Part shown: piece by piece, positions 31,521 through 41,882 of the stretch
Layout: each line of letters starts with the position of its first letter
How positions within the stretch are numbered: the first letter of the stretch is position 1
From: an uncultured Gemmatimonadaceae bacterium
GTDB lineage: Bacteria; Gemmatimonadota; Gemmatimonadetes; Gemmatimonadales; Gemmatimonadaceae
Length of the DNA: 64,000 nt
Direction: 5' to 3'
Assembly (NCBI GenBank): GCA_963843845.1
Contig: CAWJMB010000001.1
Coordinates: 32,001 to 96,000, forward strand
Program-made: the position numbers and the translations under genes
The notes under the pieces: model-generated
The model's database searches: none
The model's input: only the letters and a program-made list of their open reading frames with translations
Told to the model about the DNA's origin: nothing

Positions 31521-32225
31521 ATGTCCGACGCCGACGCGCCCCTCGGCGACGTCGAGGTCCGCGTCCTCGGCGCGTTGATCGAGAAGGCGCACACGACGCC
31601 CGACAGCTACCCGCTGTCGCTCAACGCGCTGACGAACGCGTGCAACCAGTCGTCGAACCGCGACCCGATCATGTCGCTCGACGAGTCGGCCGTGTCCACC
31701 GCCGCCCACGCCCTGCGCGGCCGCGCGCTCGTCCGACCGATCATCCACAGCGGCGGACGGGTCACGAAATACGCGCAGCGCATGGACGAGGCGCTCGGGC
31801 TCGTGCGGCGGCAGGTCGCGGTGCTGTGCGTGCTCATGCTGCGCGGCCCGCAGACGATCGCCGAGCTCCGCACGCGCACGCAGCGCCTGCACGATTTCGC
31901 CGACCTCGACGAAGTCGAGTCGACGCTCGGCGGCCTCGCCGAGCGCGACCCGCCGCTGGTCGCGCGCCTGCCGCGTCGCACGGGACAGAAGGAAGCGCGG
32001 TATGCCCACCTCCTGGCCGGCGACGTCACGCACGACGCGGCAGGTGTGCTCGACGACGCGCCCGATGACGCGCCAGGCCATGCCGAGCGGGACCTGACAG
32101 GCGCGGCGATCCGCGACGTCGGCCCGGAGGACGTGACGGCGCTCCGGCGAGAGGTCGCCGAGCTGCGACAGGAGGTCGCGGCGCTCCGGGGCGAGCTCGC
32201 CGCGTTCCGCACGCAGTTCGAGTGA
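31521..32225 (+). CDS. YceH / DUF480 family protein
   Basis: EVRVLGALIEK..TTPDSYPLSLNAL.NACNQ.SNRDP, LMLRGPQT..ELR, EARYAHLL. Confidence 0.92.
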   Translation: MSDADAPLGDVEVRVLGALIEKAHTTPDSYPLSLNALTNACNQSSNRDPIMSLDESAVSTAAHALRGRALVRPIIHSGGRVTKYAQRMDEALGLVRRQVAVLCVLMLRGPQTIAELRTRTQRLHDFADLDEVESTLGGLAERDPPLVARLPRRTGQKEARYAHLLAGDVTHDAAGVLDDAPDDAPGHAERDLTGAAIRDVGPEDVTALRREVAELRQEVAALRGELAAFRTQFE

Positions 32226-32421
32226 CGTCGCTCGCGTAGCGTCCGGCGCCGGCGGCTGCGCGCGGATCGTGATCCCGTCGGTGCGCCGCGCCCGGGCGGC
32301 GACCGGAACGAACCGCACGCGGCGACGCGGCGTGACGGCGTGTCGTGCGAGGCGGAACGGGTGACGGGGGATCATTATACGGGCACCTCCCCGCCCCGTC
32401 ATCCACCCGCCGAGGACGTTC

Positions 32422-34168
32422 ATGCGTCTCCGTGTCGCCCTGATCACACTCTGCGTGCTCGCGACCACTGCCGGCACGCCGCCCCCGTCGCCGCAGCCGC
32501 AGTCGCAGTCGGCGGCGTTCTCGCGGTTCGTCGATCGCTATCTCGACGATTGGGCGCGGCGGCACCCGTCGATCGCGGCGGGCAACGGCTTGCACCAGCA
32601 CGACGACCGGCTCGACGACTACTCGGCCGCCGGCATCCGCGCGGAGATCGCGGCGCTGAAACAGGATCGGACGACGCTGCGCGCGTTCGACCCCGCCGCG
32701 CTCACCCCCGACGAGCGCGTCGACCGACGCATCCTGTCCGGCGTCATCGACGGCTGGCTGCTCGAGCAGGAGACGCTCGCGAACTGGCGGCGGAACCCGA
32801 TGCTCTACGCGTCGGCGCTGAGCGACGGCGTGCACAACCTCATGGTGATGGAGAACGCGCCGGCGCCGGCGCGCATGCGGCGCGTGATCGCGAAGCTGCG
32901 CGGCGTGCCCGCCTTCCTCGCGCACGCACGCACCAACGTCGTGAACCCGCCGCGGCTGTTCGCCGAGCGCGGCGCCGCCATGATGCGTGGGGCGAGCGGG
33001 ATGCTCCGGGGCGACCTCCTCGCGGCGTTCGCGAGCGAGCCGAACGCGGCGCTCCGCGACTCGCTGCGTGCGGCCGCGCTCGCGGCCGCACCGCTCGTCG
33101 ACGCATACGTCGCCTATCTCGAGCGCGACGTCATCCCGACCGCGCACGCGAACTACGCGCTGGGCGCACCCTACGTCGCGCGGCGATACCGCGCCGAAGA
33201 GTTGATCGACACGCCGCTCGACACGCTCCTCGCGCTCGGCGACCGCGAGCTGACGGCGTTGCAGCTGCAGTTCCGTGACGCCGCGGCCCGACTCGATCGC
33301 ACGCGTCCCGCCGTCGACGTGTGGCAGGAGGTGCGGCGCGACCACCCGCCGATGGGAGGCGTGGTCGCCGCGACACAGCGCGTCGTCGACTCGCTCACCG
33401 CGTTCGTCGTCGCCCGCGGGATCGCGACGGTGCCGCCGGCCGAGCGCGTGATCGTCGAGCCCGCGCAGCCGTTCGACCTGGGCTTCGCGTCGATGCACGC
33501 CTCGCCGCCGCTCGAGACCAGGCCGCTGAAGAGCATCTACTACATCACCGACGCGAACGCGACGATGAGCCCGACCGAGCGCGACGCGTGGCTCGAGCGG
33601 TACAACTACGCCTCGTTCGGGCAACACGTCGGCGCACGAGGCGATGCCCGGCCACTGGCTGCACTCGACATACATGCGCCGCACCCCCGGGAAGGTCCGC
33701 CGCATCTGGATCGGGCTGAACCCGTTCCCGCAGCCATCGTCCGGCCAGGACGGCTGGGCGCACTACGCCGAGCAGATGGTGCTCGACGAGGGGTACGGGG
33801 GCCCGCGGCACCGCCTCGCGCAACTGAGCGACGCGCTCACCCGCGTCTGCCGCCTCCTCTCCGGCATCCGGGTGCACTCGGGCGCGTGGACGCTCGCCGA
33901 CGCACAGCGCTGCTTCGAGCAGGAGGCCTACGTCGCCGCCCCCGCCGCGAAGCGCGAGGCCGAGCGCGCGACCTACGACCCGACGTACGGCGGCTACTTC
34001 CTCGGCAAGCGCGGGATCCAGACGCTGCGCGCGGACGTCGCGCGATCGTTAGGCAGCCGCTTCGACCTGCGCGCGTTCCACGAGCGGTTCATGACCGAGG
34101 GAATCGCGCCGGTGGCGGCGCACCGCGAGCTCATGCTCCCGGGCGACACCCGGCCGGCGCTGCGTTAG
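32422..34168 (+). CDS. DUF885 family secreted protein, putative metallopeptidase (frameshift near 33620)
   Basis: Signal peptide, G.H..DDRL.D.S, HEAMPGH..H, GWAHYAE. Confidence 0.88.
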
Positions 34169-34269
34169 ACGGACGCGGACCGGCGGACGGCGGTGCGCGG
34201 CGGCGGTGCGCCGGCGGCGGTGATCCGTCGCGCCGCGCGTCGGCGCGCCGTGTGCGAGAGCGTCCGCGC

Positions 34270-34755
34270 ATGCGCCCCGCCGACGATCCGAGCTGGTCCT
34301 GCTACCCCGACACCGTCCTCGAGCTGTCGACGCCCGAGGCGGTGCGCATCGACCTTCGTCGTCCGGTCGACGCCGCGGCGCGCCGCGCGCTCGAGCGCGC
34401 CGGCTTCGCCGAACCGTTCGCAGTCGTGACGTCCGCCAACCCGCGCGGCGAGCAGATCGCCGACGACACGAACGAGCGGCGCGAGCTCCGGCTCCGCCGT
34501 ACGATCGCCGCGAGCGGACGCCGCTGGTCGCGCGCCGACGGCGTGTCGGCCGATGGTGGGCACCGCGAGCCCGGCGTCGCGGTGGTGATGCCGCGGGACG
34601 AGGCCGTGCAGCTCGCGCGCGACTTCGGGCAGTCGGCGATCTTCTGGTTCGACGGCGCGGCGTTCTGGCTCGTCGGCGCGCTCGTCGAGGCGGTACCGCA
34701 GCGGCTCCCGCTCGCCGCGGACAGCGCCGGCGACCCCGGACGTCCCGCGCGGTGA
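34270..34755 (+). CDS. DUF3293 domain protein
   Basis: FAVVTSANPRG, HREPG, LARDFGQSAIFW. Confidence 0.82.
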   Translation: MRPADDPSWSCYPDTVLELSTPEAVRIDLRRPVDAAARRALERAGFAEPFAVVTSANPRGEQIADDTNERRELRLRRTIAASGRRWSRADGVSADGGHREPGVAVVMPRDEAVQLARDFGQSAIFWFDGAAFWLVGALVEAVPQRLPLAADSAGDPGRPAR

Positions 34756-35192
34756 GTGCCGAATCGCTCGTCGTTCCGGCATATCGCGTCGACGATCAGT
34801 TCGGCCGCGCGCACGACGCCGCCTCCGCGCTGGGCACCCCGGCCGCGTACGTGCTCGCGACCTACGACGGCGTGTTCGCGCTCCCGCGGTGGGCCGAAGC
34901 GCTCGGTGTCGCGCTCGCCGCGCCGGGCGCACCGGCGGCGCAGGTCGTTCCCGTCCTCGCGATCGCCGCGATCCCGCCCCTCTTTCGCGACGCCGTGCGG
35001 AGGCTGCTCCCCCGGGAGCCGCGCGCGTGGACGCTGCTCGACTGGAACGACGTGCTCGCACCGCTCCGCGTCGCCGGGAGCCCGTGCACGATCGCGGTCG
35101 TCGACGCGACGGGGCGCGTCCGCCACCGCGAGGGCGTCGGCGGCACCGCGGAGCCGGCCCAGCTCACCGCGCTCCTCGCACACCTCGTCTGA
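34752..35192 (+). CDS. Hypothetical protein, thioredoxin-like fold without CxxC
   Basis: DDQFGRAH start, LLDW, IAVVDATGRVRHR; GTGA coupling to upstream gene. Confidence 0.6.
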   Translation: MSAESLVVPAYRVDDQFGRAHDAASALGTPAAYVLATYDGVFALPRWAEALGVALAAPGAPAAQVVPVLAIAAIPPLFRDAVRRLLPREPRAWTLLDWNDVLAPLRVAGSPCTIAVVDATGRVRHREGVGGTAEPAQLTALLAHLV

Positions 35193-35210
35193 CCACGACG
35201 ACCCGCGTGC

Positions 35211-37520
35211 TCAGAACAGCAGCCGGTACACCAGACTCACGTTCCGGCCCGGATTGAACGCGAACGTCTTCACGCGGCTCGTCGCGTCCACGTACCGCTC
35301 GTCGAGCACGTTGTCGACGCGCAGCGTGAGCGAGGTGATCTGCCCGCGCACGGAGAGCGTGAGCCCCGCGCTCAGGTCGAGCAGGTCGTACGACGGGGTC
35401 GCGAGCCCCGCCGGGTCGTCGTCGCTCACCGCCGGCGGCACCCGCTCCTGCGCGAACGCGTGACGGTACTCGGCGCCGAACGACGTGCGGCCGTTGTCGT
35501 ACCGCGCGAGCCCGCCGAGTCGCGACGCAGGGATGAAGGGGAGCGGCGTGCCGGTCGCGCGGAAGTCGCCGCGCACGACATCGCCCATCGTGCCGACCAC
35601 GACGCGCGGCGCGACCTCGAGCTCGAGGCGCCCCTCGACGCCGCGCAGTCGCGCGTCGGCCTGCGTCACGCGGTTCAACGGCACGGTCTGGGTACCGTCG
35701 TCGTTCGTGAACGTGGTGTCGCCGACGATGTTCGGCGTGATGTAGTTGTCGATGAGGTTGTAGTAGGCCGCCAGCTGGCCGTTGACGCCCTTCCCCTCGA
35801 CGCGGAAGACGCCGTCGAACCCGCCGTTGACCTCGGCCCGCAGGCGCGGGTTGCCGACGTCGAACGTCCCCGTCGCCTCGTGGAACGCATTCGCCGACAG
35901 CTCCTCGACCGACGGGGCGCGGAACGCCCGCGCCGCGCTCCCCGCGAGCGTCGCGCGGGTGCCTAACGGAACGCTCAGCCCGACCGAGCCGGAGAGCTGG
36001 TTGAACGTCCGCGCGCCGGCGAACGCGGCGAACTTCGCGGCGCTCTGCCGCACGTCGATCGTGTACGCGTCGAAGCGCACCCCCGCCTGCAGCTTCGGGA
36101 CGCGCGCGTGCTCGACGTCGCCGCCCGCGTCGCCGACCCTGCCCAACGCCAGCTCCTGGAACGCGAACGTGCCGAGCCCCGTGCTGTTCGCCGCGGGAGT
36201 GAGCGCCTCGGTGCCGGTCGCGCCGTACTGCTTGAACAGGCCGGAGACGCCGAACGCGCCGCTCGTGCGGCCGACGCGCGTGCGGGCGAGCAGGTCGGCC
36301 GTCTGCGTCGTCAGGTTGAAGCGTGTGTTCACCACGCCGCTCTCCTGGTCGACCTCGGCGTGCGTGTACCACTGCGCGGTCGTGCCGGCGCGGAGCGACG
36401 TGAGCGCGCCGGCGTTCAGCGTGACGTCCGCCCGCCCGACCACCTCGTTCCGCCGGCCGTCGATCTTCGCGCGCTCCGCGTCGGCCGACGGCAGCCCGTA
36501 GTCGAACTTGTAGCCGCGGTAGATGACGCCCCCCGTCACGCTGCTGTTCGCGAAGCCGACGCCGGCGATGCCGTTGTAGTTGCGCGCGAACGTGTTCGGC
36601 AGCCGCGTGTTGCCGCCGCCGCGCAGATCCTCGGTGCGCCGCACGCCGCCGCGCGCGACGAGCGCGAACCGCTCTCCCGTCGGGATCGTCACGCCGGCCG
36701 ACACGCCACCGCCCGGCGTCGCCGACTCGGCCTGGCCGGCGACATAGCCGTCGAGGTGCGTCGGGATCGACGTCGGGATGTCGTTGGAGATGACGTTGAC
36801 GACCCCGCCGAGCGCCTGATTGCCGTAGAGCAGCGACGCCGGCCCGCGCACGACCTCGATGCGCTGCGCGGTGAGCGGGTCGATCGACACGCCGTGATCG
36901 GGCGCCGACGACGAGAGGTCGCCCGCGCGGTCGCCGTCCTGGAGCACGAGGATGCGCTCGCCCTGCAGACCGCGGATCACCGGCGCGCTCGCCGCCGGCC
37001 CGTTGTAGCGCACCGAGATCCCCGGCTCGCGCGACAGCGTCTGCGCCACCGTGCCGCTGAGCTGCCGGGCGAGCGCCGGCCCCGACAGCGTCGTCACCGA
37101 CTGCGGCACGTCGCGCGGGTCGCTGCCGGCCGCCGTCGCCGTCACCTGCACCGCCGACAGCGCGACGGCGGACGGCGCGATGGTCAGCGTCACACTCACG
37201 TCGCCGCCGCTCGCCGGCACCGTCACGTCCGTGTGGCTCGGCGCGTAGCCGATCCGCTGCGTCGAGAGGTGATAGGTCCCCGCCGGCACCGCCGCGAACC
37301 GGAACGCCCCCGAGTCGTTCGTCGTCGCCACGCGGTTGAGCTGCGCCAGGATGACCTGCACGCTCCCGACCGGCCGCCCCGCCGCGTCGCGCACGACGCC
37401 GCCGAGCCCGACGGCGACAGCGGCCCGGCGAGCGCCGCGCGGCGGGAGGGCGTCGGCCGGCGGCGGCGACGCGACGTGGAGCGCGCCGAGCACACAGGCG
37501 GTGCGAACGATCGAATGCAT
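35211..37520 (-). CDS. TonB-dependent receptor with carboxypeptidase-regulatory-like N-domain (ZnuD-like plug)
   Basis: PVIRGLQGERI, DLSSSAPDHGVSIDP, IEVVRGPASLLYG, RAPSVEEL, PGRNVSL, C-terminal Phe. Confidence 0.92.
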   Translation of the reverse strand: MHSIVRTACVLGALHVASPPPADALPPRGARRAAVAVGLGGVVRDAAGRPVGSVQVILAQLNRVATTNDSGAFRFAAVPAGTYHLSTQRIGYAPSHTDVTVPASGGDVSVTLTIAPSAVALSAVQVTATAAGSDPRDVPQSVTTLSGPALARQLSGTVAQTLSREPGISVRYNGPAASAPVIRGLQGERILVLQDGDRAGDLSSSAPDHGVSIDPLTAQRIEVVRGPASLLYGNQALGGVVNVISNDIPTSIPTHLDGYVAGQAESATPGGGVSAGVTIPTGERFALVARGGVRRTEDLRGGGNTRLPNTFARNYNGIAGVGFANSSVTGGVIYRGYKFDYGLPSADAERAKIDGRRNEVVGRADVTLNAGALTSLRAGTTAQWYTHAEVDQESGVVNTRFNLTTQTADLLARTRVGRTSGAFGVSGLFKQYGATGTEALTPAANSTGLGTFAFQELALGRVGDAGGDVEHARVPKLQAGVRFDAYTIDVRQSAAKFAAFAGARTFNQLSGSVGLSVPLGTRATLAGSAARAFRAPSVEELSANAFHEATGTFDVGNPRLRAEVNGGFDGVFRVEGKGVNGQLAAYYNLIDNYITPNIVGDTTFTNDDGTQTVPLNRVTQADARLRGVEGRLELEVAPRVVVGTMGDVVRGDFRATGTPLPFIPASRLGGLARYDNGRTSFGAEYRHAFAQERVPPAVSDDDPAGLATPSYDLLDLSAGLTLSVRGQITSLTLRVDNVLDERYVDATSRVKTFAFNPGRNVSLVYRLLF

Positions 37521-37585
37521 GAGCTGTCCTCGTGATGAGCCTACGACAAACGTAGAGGCGCAGCGCGAATCGACACGCGGCGACC

Positions 37586-37615
37586 AACGAACGGTCGATT
37601 TCGGCACATGAGCGG
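37586..37615 (-). promoter_or_regulatory. Candidate LytTR operator (direct repeat, 21-bp period)
   Basis: Minus strand CCGCTCAT then ACCGTTCGTT, upstream of the TonB receptor. Confidence 0.5.
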
Positions 37616-37643
37616 CGTCACCGCGTCGGCGGCGGAACACGCG

Positions 37644-38468
37644 TCACAGGCGCAACAACGAGTCGCGCACGACGCGCGACCGCAGCCGGCTCACCGCGTG
37701 CTGCTGCCCGTCGGCGAGCGACACGAGATACGTGCCGCCCGGCATCGGGCTCACCTTCGCGATCGCCGCGACGCGCACGAGCGCCCCGCGCGACAGCCGC
37801 ACGAAGTCGCCGACCGGGAGCCGCGCCTCGAGGTCCTTGAGGCGGTACGTGATCGTGTGCCGCTCGCCCCGCTCCGTCGTCAGGTGCAGCAGCTCGCCGT
37901 CGGCGACGATCGACACGACCGTCGCGACCGGCACGAGTACGACGTCGTCGCGCCGGCGCACGGGAATGCGGTCGAGGGCTCCCGTCGCGACCGACGCCGT
38001 CGCGCCCTCGCTGCCGAGCGACGCGACCGTCGCCGCGTGGCGCTGCGCCTCGCTCTCCCGCCAGTCGGCGCGCTCCAGCCGCTCGTGCGCGCGCGCGAGC
38101 GTGTGCCGCAGCCGCGTGGCGTCGACCGGCTTGAGCAGGTAGTCGACCGCGTTCAGCTCGAACGCCTGCACCGCGTACGCGTCGTACGCCGTCACGAACG
38201 CGACGAGCGGCAGCGCATCCTTGCGCAGCAGTCGCACGACGCCCAGCCCGTCGACCTCGGGCATCTGCAGGTCGAGCAGCGCGAGGTCCGGCCGCTCCCG
38301 CTCGATGAGTCGCACCGCCTCGGCGCCGTTCGACGCCTCGCCGACGACGGCGACGTCGGGGGCGCCGGCGAGCAGGGTCACGAGGAACTGCCGCGCCGGA
38401 CGCTCGTCGTCGGCGACGACCACGCGCAGACGGCTCGCCGTCTCGCGATGCGACGCGTCGCGCGTCAC
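37644..38468 (-). CDS. LytTR family response regulator
   Basis: VADDERPAR, LDLQMP, FVTAYD.YAVQAFE.NAVDYLLKP, FVRLSR, VSR. Confidence 0.95.
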   Translation of the reverse strand: MTRDASHRETASRLRVVVADDERPARQFLVTLLAGAPDVAVVGEASNGAEAVRLIERERPDLALLDLQMPEVDGLGVVRLLRKDALPLVAFVTAYDAYAVQAFELNAVDYLLKPVDATRLRHTLARAHERLERADWRESEAQRHAATVASLGSEGATASVATGALDRIPVRRRDDVVLVPVATVVSIVADGELLHLTTERGERHTITYRLKDLEARLPVGDFVRLSRGALVRVAAIAKVSPMPGGTYLVSLADGQQHAVSRLRSRVVRDSLLRL

Positions 38469-40449
38469 GACGCCGCCGCGAGCGTCCGCGACGTCGCGCG
38501 CACCGGGATCCACAGCTCGATCGTCGTGCCCTCGCCGGGCGCGGTGCGGATGCCCATGCGCGCCGCCGCGCCGTAGAGGCGCGCGAGCCGCCGCTCCACG
38601 CTGCGCAGCCCGACACGGTCCTCGCGGCGGTGCGCGAACACGTCGGGGTGCGCGCCCGCCCCGGTGTCGCTCGACCGTCAGGTGCAGGCGCCGCTCGTCG
38701 CCGAACGGCGTCGCCCCCTCGACGCGGCCGCGCACGACGACCTCCCCCCGCACGCAGCGGGCTGATGCCGTGCTTCACCGCGTTCTCCACGAGGGGCTGC
38801 ACGAGCAGGGGAGGCAGCAGCACGGCGCGCGCGTCGGCGTCGACGTCGATCGTCACGCGCAGCCGCTCCTCGAAGCGCGCCTGCTCGATCGCGAGGTACG
38901 CCGAGACGATCTCCAGCTCGTCGCCGAACGGCAGCAGCTCGCTCGCGCTCGGCCGCAGCACGGCGCGCAGCAGGTCGGTCAGCCGGTAGAGCGTGACGAG
39001 CGCGCGGTCCGGGGCCGTCTGCACGAGGTAGCCGATCGTCGTCAGCGCGTTGAACAGGAAGTGCGGGTTGAGCTGCGCACGCAGTGCCCGGAGCTCCGCC
39101 TCGGTCGCCAGCCGCAGCATGTCCTGCTCGCGTGCCTCGCGAGCGTACCGCTCCTCCGCCATGCGGATCGCGTCGATCCGGCGCGCCGCGGTCACGCTCA
39201 CCTGCTCGAGCAGCGCCACGTCGTCCGACAGGAGCCGGCGGCCCGGCGCGAGCCGCTCGATCGTGAGCGTGTAGCGCGGCGCCTCAGCGGTCGGCACGGC
39301 GACGACGGCGCCGGTGCCGTGATGCGTCCGCGTCACCACGACGACCGGCGGGACGACGTTCGACGCTCCGTCCGGCCTACCCGTCGCCGGCGCGCGCTCC
39401 GCCGCCGGCGCGTCGACGTCCCGCCACGCGATCGCCGTCGTGCCGAGGGCCGTCGTGAGCCGGTCGCGCACCGTGTCGAGCGTCGACTCGGCGCCGTCGC
39501 ACGCGAGGACGTCGTGGGCGATGCGCTCGCTCAGCACGCGGAAGTCCGGACGGCGCAGCACCACGCGGTCGACGAACGCCCACACGACCCGCCGCACGGG
39601 GAGCGCGATCAGCGCCGCCGCGCACCACAGCGCGAGCAGCACGCCGACGCCGAACGGGTCCGACGGGTCGGCGACGAGGCGCGGCACGACGACCGGGCCG
39701 ACGACGTAGAGATGCGCGAGCACGCCGGCGGCGACCATCGCGACGGCGAGCAGCGCGCGCTTCAGGAACACGTCGGCGAGCGCGAAGCGGAAGTCCTGAT
39801 GGAGGATGACGAGCGCGAGCAGGATCGACGCGTGGTCGCCGAGCAGCTCGACGCCGACCGGCTCGACGCTCGCGGGGTGGTGGCTCAGGTGCAGCGCCAT
39901 CACCGCGAACGCCGCGAGCGCCGCGGCCGTGAGCGGCGCGCCGTTCCCCGGCTGCCGCCGCACGACGAGCGCGAGCACCGGGAGCACGACCGCGTAGCCG
40001 ACCGTCAGCAGCAGCAGCGCGTCGGAGCTCGGCACCGGGTGCCCGCTCGCCGCGGCGGCGAGATGCATGGCCGCGCCGACCGCGCTCAGCGCGTGCGCCG
40101 CGAGCGTGACGGCGCGCCGCGCGCGCCCCCGCGCGCCCAACACCGTCGCCTGCACGACGACCGCGGGGAGGAAGCCGAGCGCCGCGAACGCGACCGCGCC
40201 GACCGCCGCCGTCGTCGGGGTGCCGATCGGCACGAGCCCGACGTCGCGCCCGCCGTAGAGCGCGAGCGCCCCGACGTTCCACAGCAGGCCGAGCACCGCC
40301 GTCGCGATCGGGATGCGGTCGAGCCGCGGCCCCTCCGCCGCCCCGCGCGCCGCACGGAACGCCATGACGCCGAGCATCGCGTAGAGCGCGATGCCGGTGC
40401 CGAAGCCCGCGAGGTGCAGCAGTCGAACGGGGAGCGAGATGTCCGTCAC
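38465..40449 (-). CDS. LytS/YehU-type membrane histidine kinase (frameshifts about 38640-38750)
   Basis: About 9-10 hydrophobic segments, ELRALRAQLNPHFLFNAL, YLAIEQARFEERL, QPLVENAVKHG, GEGTTIELWIP. Confidence 0.92.
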
Positions 40450-40513
40450 GGCGCGTTCACGGCGCGTTCACGGCGCGCTCACGGCGCGGTCACGTAGCGC
40501 GGTCACGGCGCCG
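40446..40513. repeat. 11-bp tandem repeat TCACGGCGCGN between fur and the kinase
   Basis: Units at 40446, 40457, 40468, 40479, 40490 (13-bp variant) and 40503. Confidence 0.85.
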
Positions 40514-40907
40514 TCGCGGCGGCAGCGGACCGCGTCGCGCGCCCGCACGCGCGGCAGCGGCCGTAGAGCACGACTTCGTGTCCGTCGAGCTCGAACCCAG
40601 GCGGCACGAGCGACGCGAGCCCGCCGGGGCACCCTTCGATCTCGTACACACGGTCGCAGCGCCGGCAGCGAAAGTGGTGATGATGCTGCGCGCCCGCCAG
40701 CTCGTAGCGGTCCGGCTCGCCCGGCAGCGCGACCGCGACGATGGTGCCGTCGTCGACGAGCGCCTTCACGGTGCGGTACACCGTCGCGAGCCCGACGCTC
40801 GGCACGTCGCGCTGCGCGGCGTCGAGCAGCTCCTGCGGCGAGAGCGGGCGCCCCAGCCGCGCGAGCGCGTCCTTGATCGCGGTGCGTTGACGAGTGGTTC
40901 GCGTCAT
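40503..40907 (-). CDS. Fur/Zur family transcriptional regulator
   Basis: TRQRTAI, GLATVYR, HHHHFRCRRC, C-terminal GRCRAC. Confidence 0.93.
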   Translation of the reverse strand: MTRTTRQRTAIKDALARLGRPLSPQELLDAAQRDVPSVGLATVYRTVKALVDDGTIVAVALPGEPDRYELAGAQHHHHFRCRRCDRVYEIEGCPGGLASLVPPGFELDGHEVVLYGRCRACGRATRSAAAATAP

Positions 40908-40932
40908 GGCGAGGGAGAACGAAGAGAACGAA

Positions 40933-40985
40933 CGTGCCGTGCCGGACGTGCCGTGCCGGACGTGCCGTGCCGGACGTGCCGTGCC
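40933..40985. repeat. 14-bp tandem repeat CGTGCCGTGCCGGA (about 3.8 copies) between ZIP and fur
   Basis: Directly visible in the sequence. Confidence 0.9.
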
Positions 40986-41737
40986 TAACGCACGAGCGCC
41001 GCGACGCCGACGAGCGAGGCGCCGACCGCCGCGGTCACGAGCGACGCGGCGCGCGTGCCCGCCGGCTGCCGCACGATCGCCGCGGCGAGATAGAGAAACG
41101 TCCCCGCCGCGAACGGCAACATGCTCGCCGCGAACGACTCGGCGCGCGTGCCGATCGTCAGCGCGACGGCCGCGCCGGCCACGGCGACGAGCCCCGTCGC
41201 GAGGTTGTAGACGATCGCCCGGCGCGCCGGCACGCCGGCGTGCACGAACACCCCGAACGTCCCGAGCTCGCGCGGCAGCTCGTGCAGCGCGACGGCGACC
41301 GCGGTCAGGACGCCCAACGAGGGCGAGGCGAGAAAGCTCGCGCCGACGAGCACGCCGTCGACGAGGTTGTGCAGCGCGTCCCCCGCCACGAGCAGCGGAA
41401 CGAGCGGCCGCCTGCCCCCCGGTCCGCCACCGCGCGCGCCGTCGGCGAGTCGCCCCGTCGCCACGCGGTGCATCGTGCGCTCGACGATCGCGAACAGCGC
41501 CGCGCCGGCGAGCGTCATGAGGGCGACGAACAGCGGCCGCTCGGGGTAGCGCGCGACCGCCTCCGGCAGGAGATGAAAGCACGCCGCGCCGAGCAGCGCG
41601 CCGGCGGCGAGCGCGACGAGCGACGGCAGCACGCGCCGCAGCAGCGCCTCGCGCATCGCCAGCGGCACCATCACGACGAGCGGCACGAGACTCGTGATCG
41701 CGACCGTCGCTACCCCGCCGCGCCACGCCTCGTTCAC
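40985..41737 (-). CDS. ZIP family metal transporter
   Basis: GALLGAACFHLLPEA, GDALHNLVDG, HELPRELG, AAGTFLY. Confidence 0.93.
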   Translation of the reverse strand: MNEAWRGGVATVAITSLVPLVVMVPLAMREALLRRVLPSLVALAAGALLGAACFHLLPEAVARYPERPLFVALMTLAGAALFAIVERTMHRVATGRLADGARGGGPGGRRPLVPLLVAGDALHNLVDGVLVGASFLASPSLGVLTAVAVALHELPRELGTFGVFVHAGVPARRAIVYNLATGLVAVAGAAVALTIGTRAESFAASMLPFAAGTFLYLAAAIVRQPAGTRAASLVTAAVGASLVGVAALVR

Positions 41738-41800
41738 GTTCCCGCTCCGTCGCGCGTCGAATCGATGTTCGCCGAGTCGCGGAGTTCGCGTCAGGCGTTA

Positions 41801-41819
41801 GTGAGAATACAATCTCAAC
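41801..41819. promoter_or_regulatory. Candidate Fur-family operator
   Basis: AT-rich inverted repeat TGAGA-N6-TCTCA about 65 bp upstream of ZIP. Confidence 0.5.
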
Positions 41820-41882
41820 AATCGCCGCGCAACGTCGTCGCCTGCCGCGCGTCGCGTTCGTCGCGACGCGTCGTGCGCGGCG

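Noticed and set aside
32422..34755. Apparent DUF885-DUF3293 fusion (777 aa)
   Set aside because: Frameshift near 33620; DUF885 ends at 34168.
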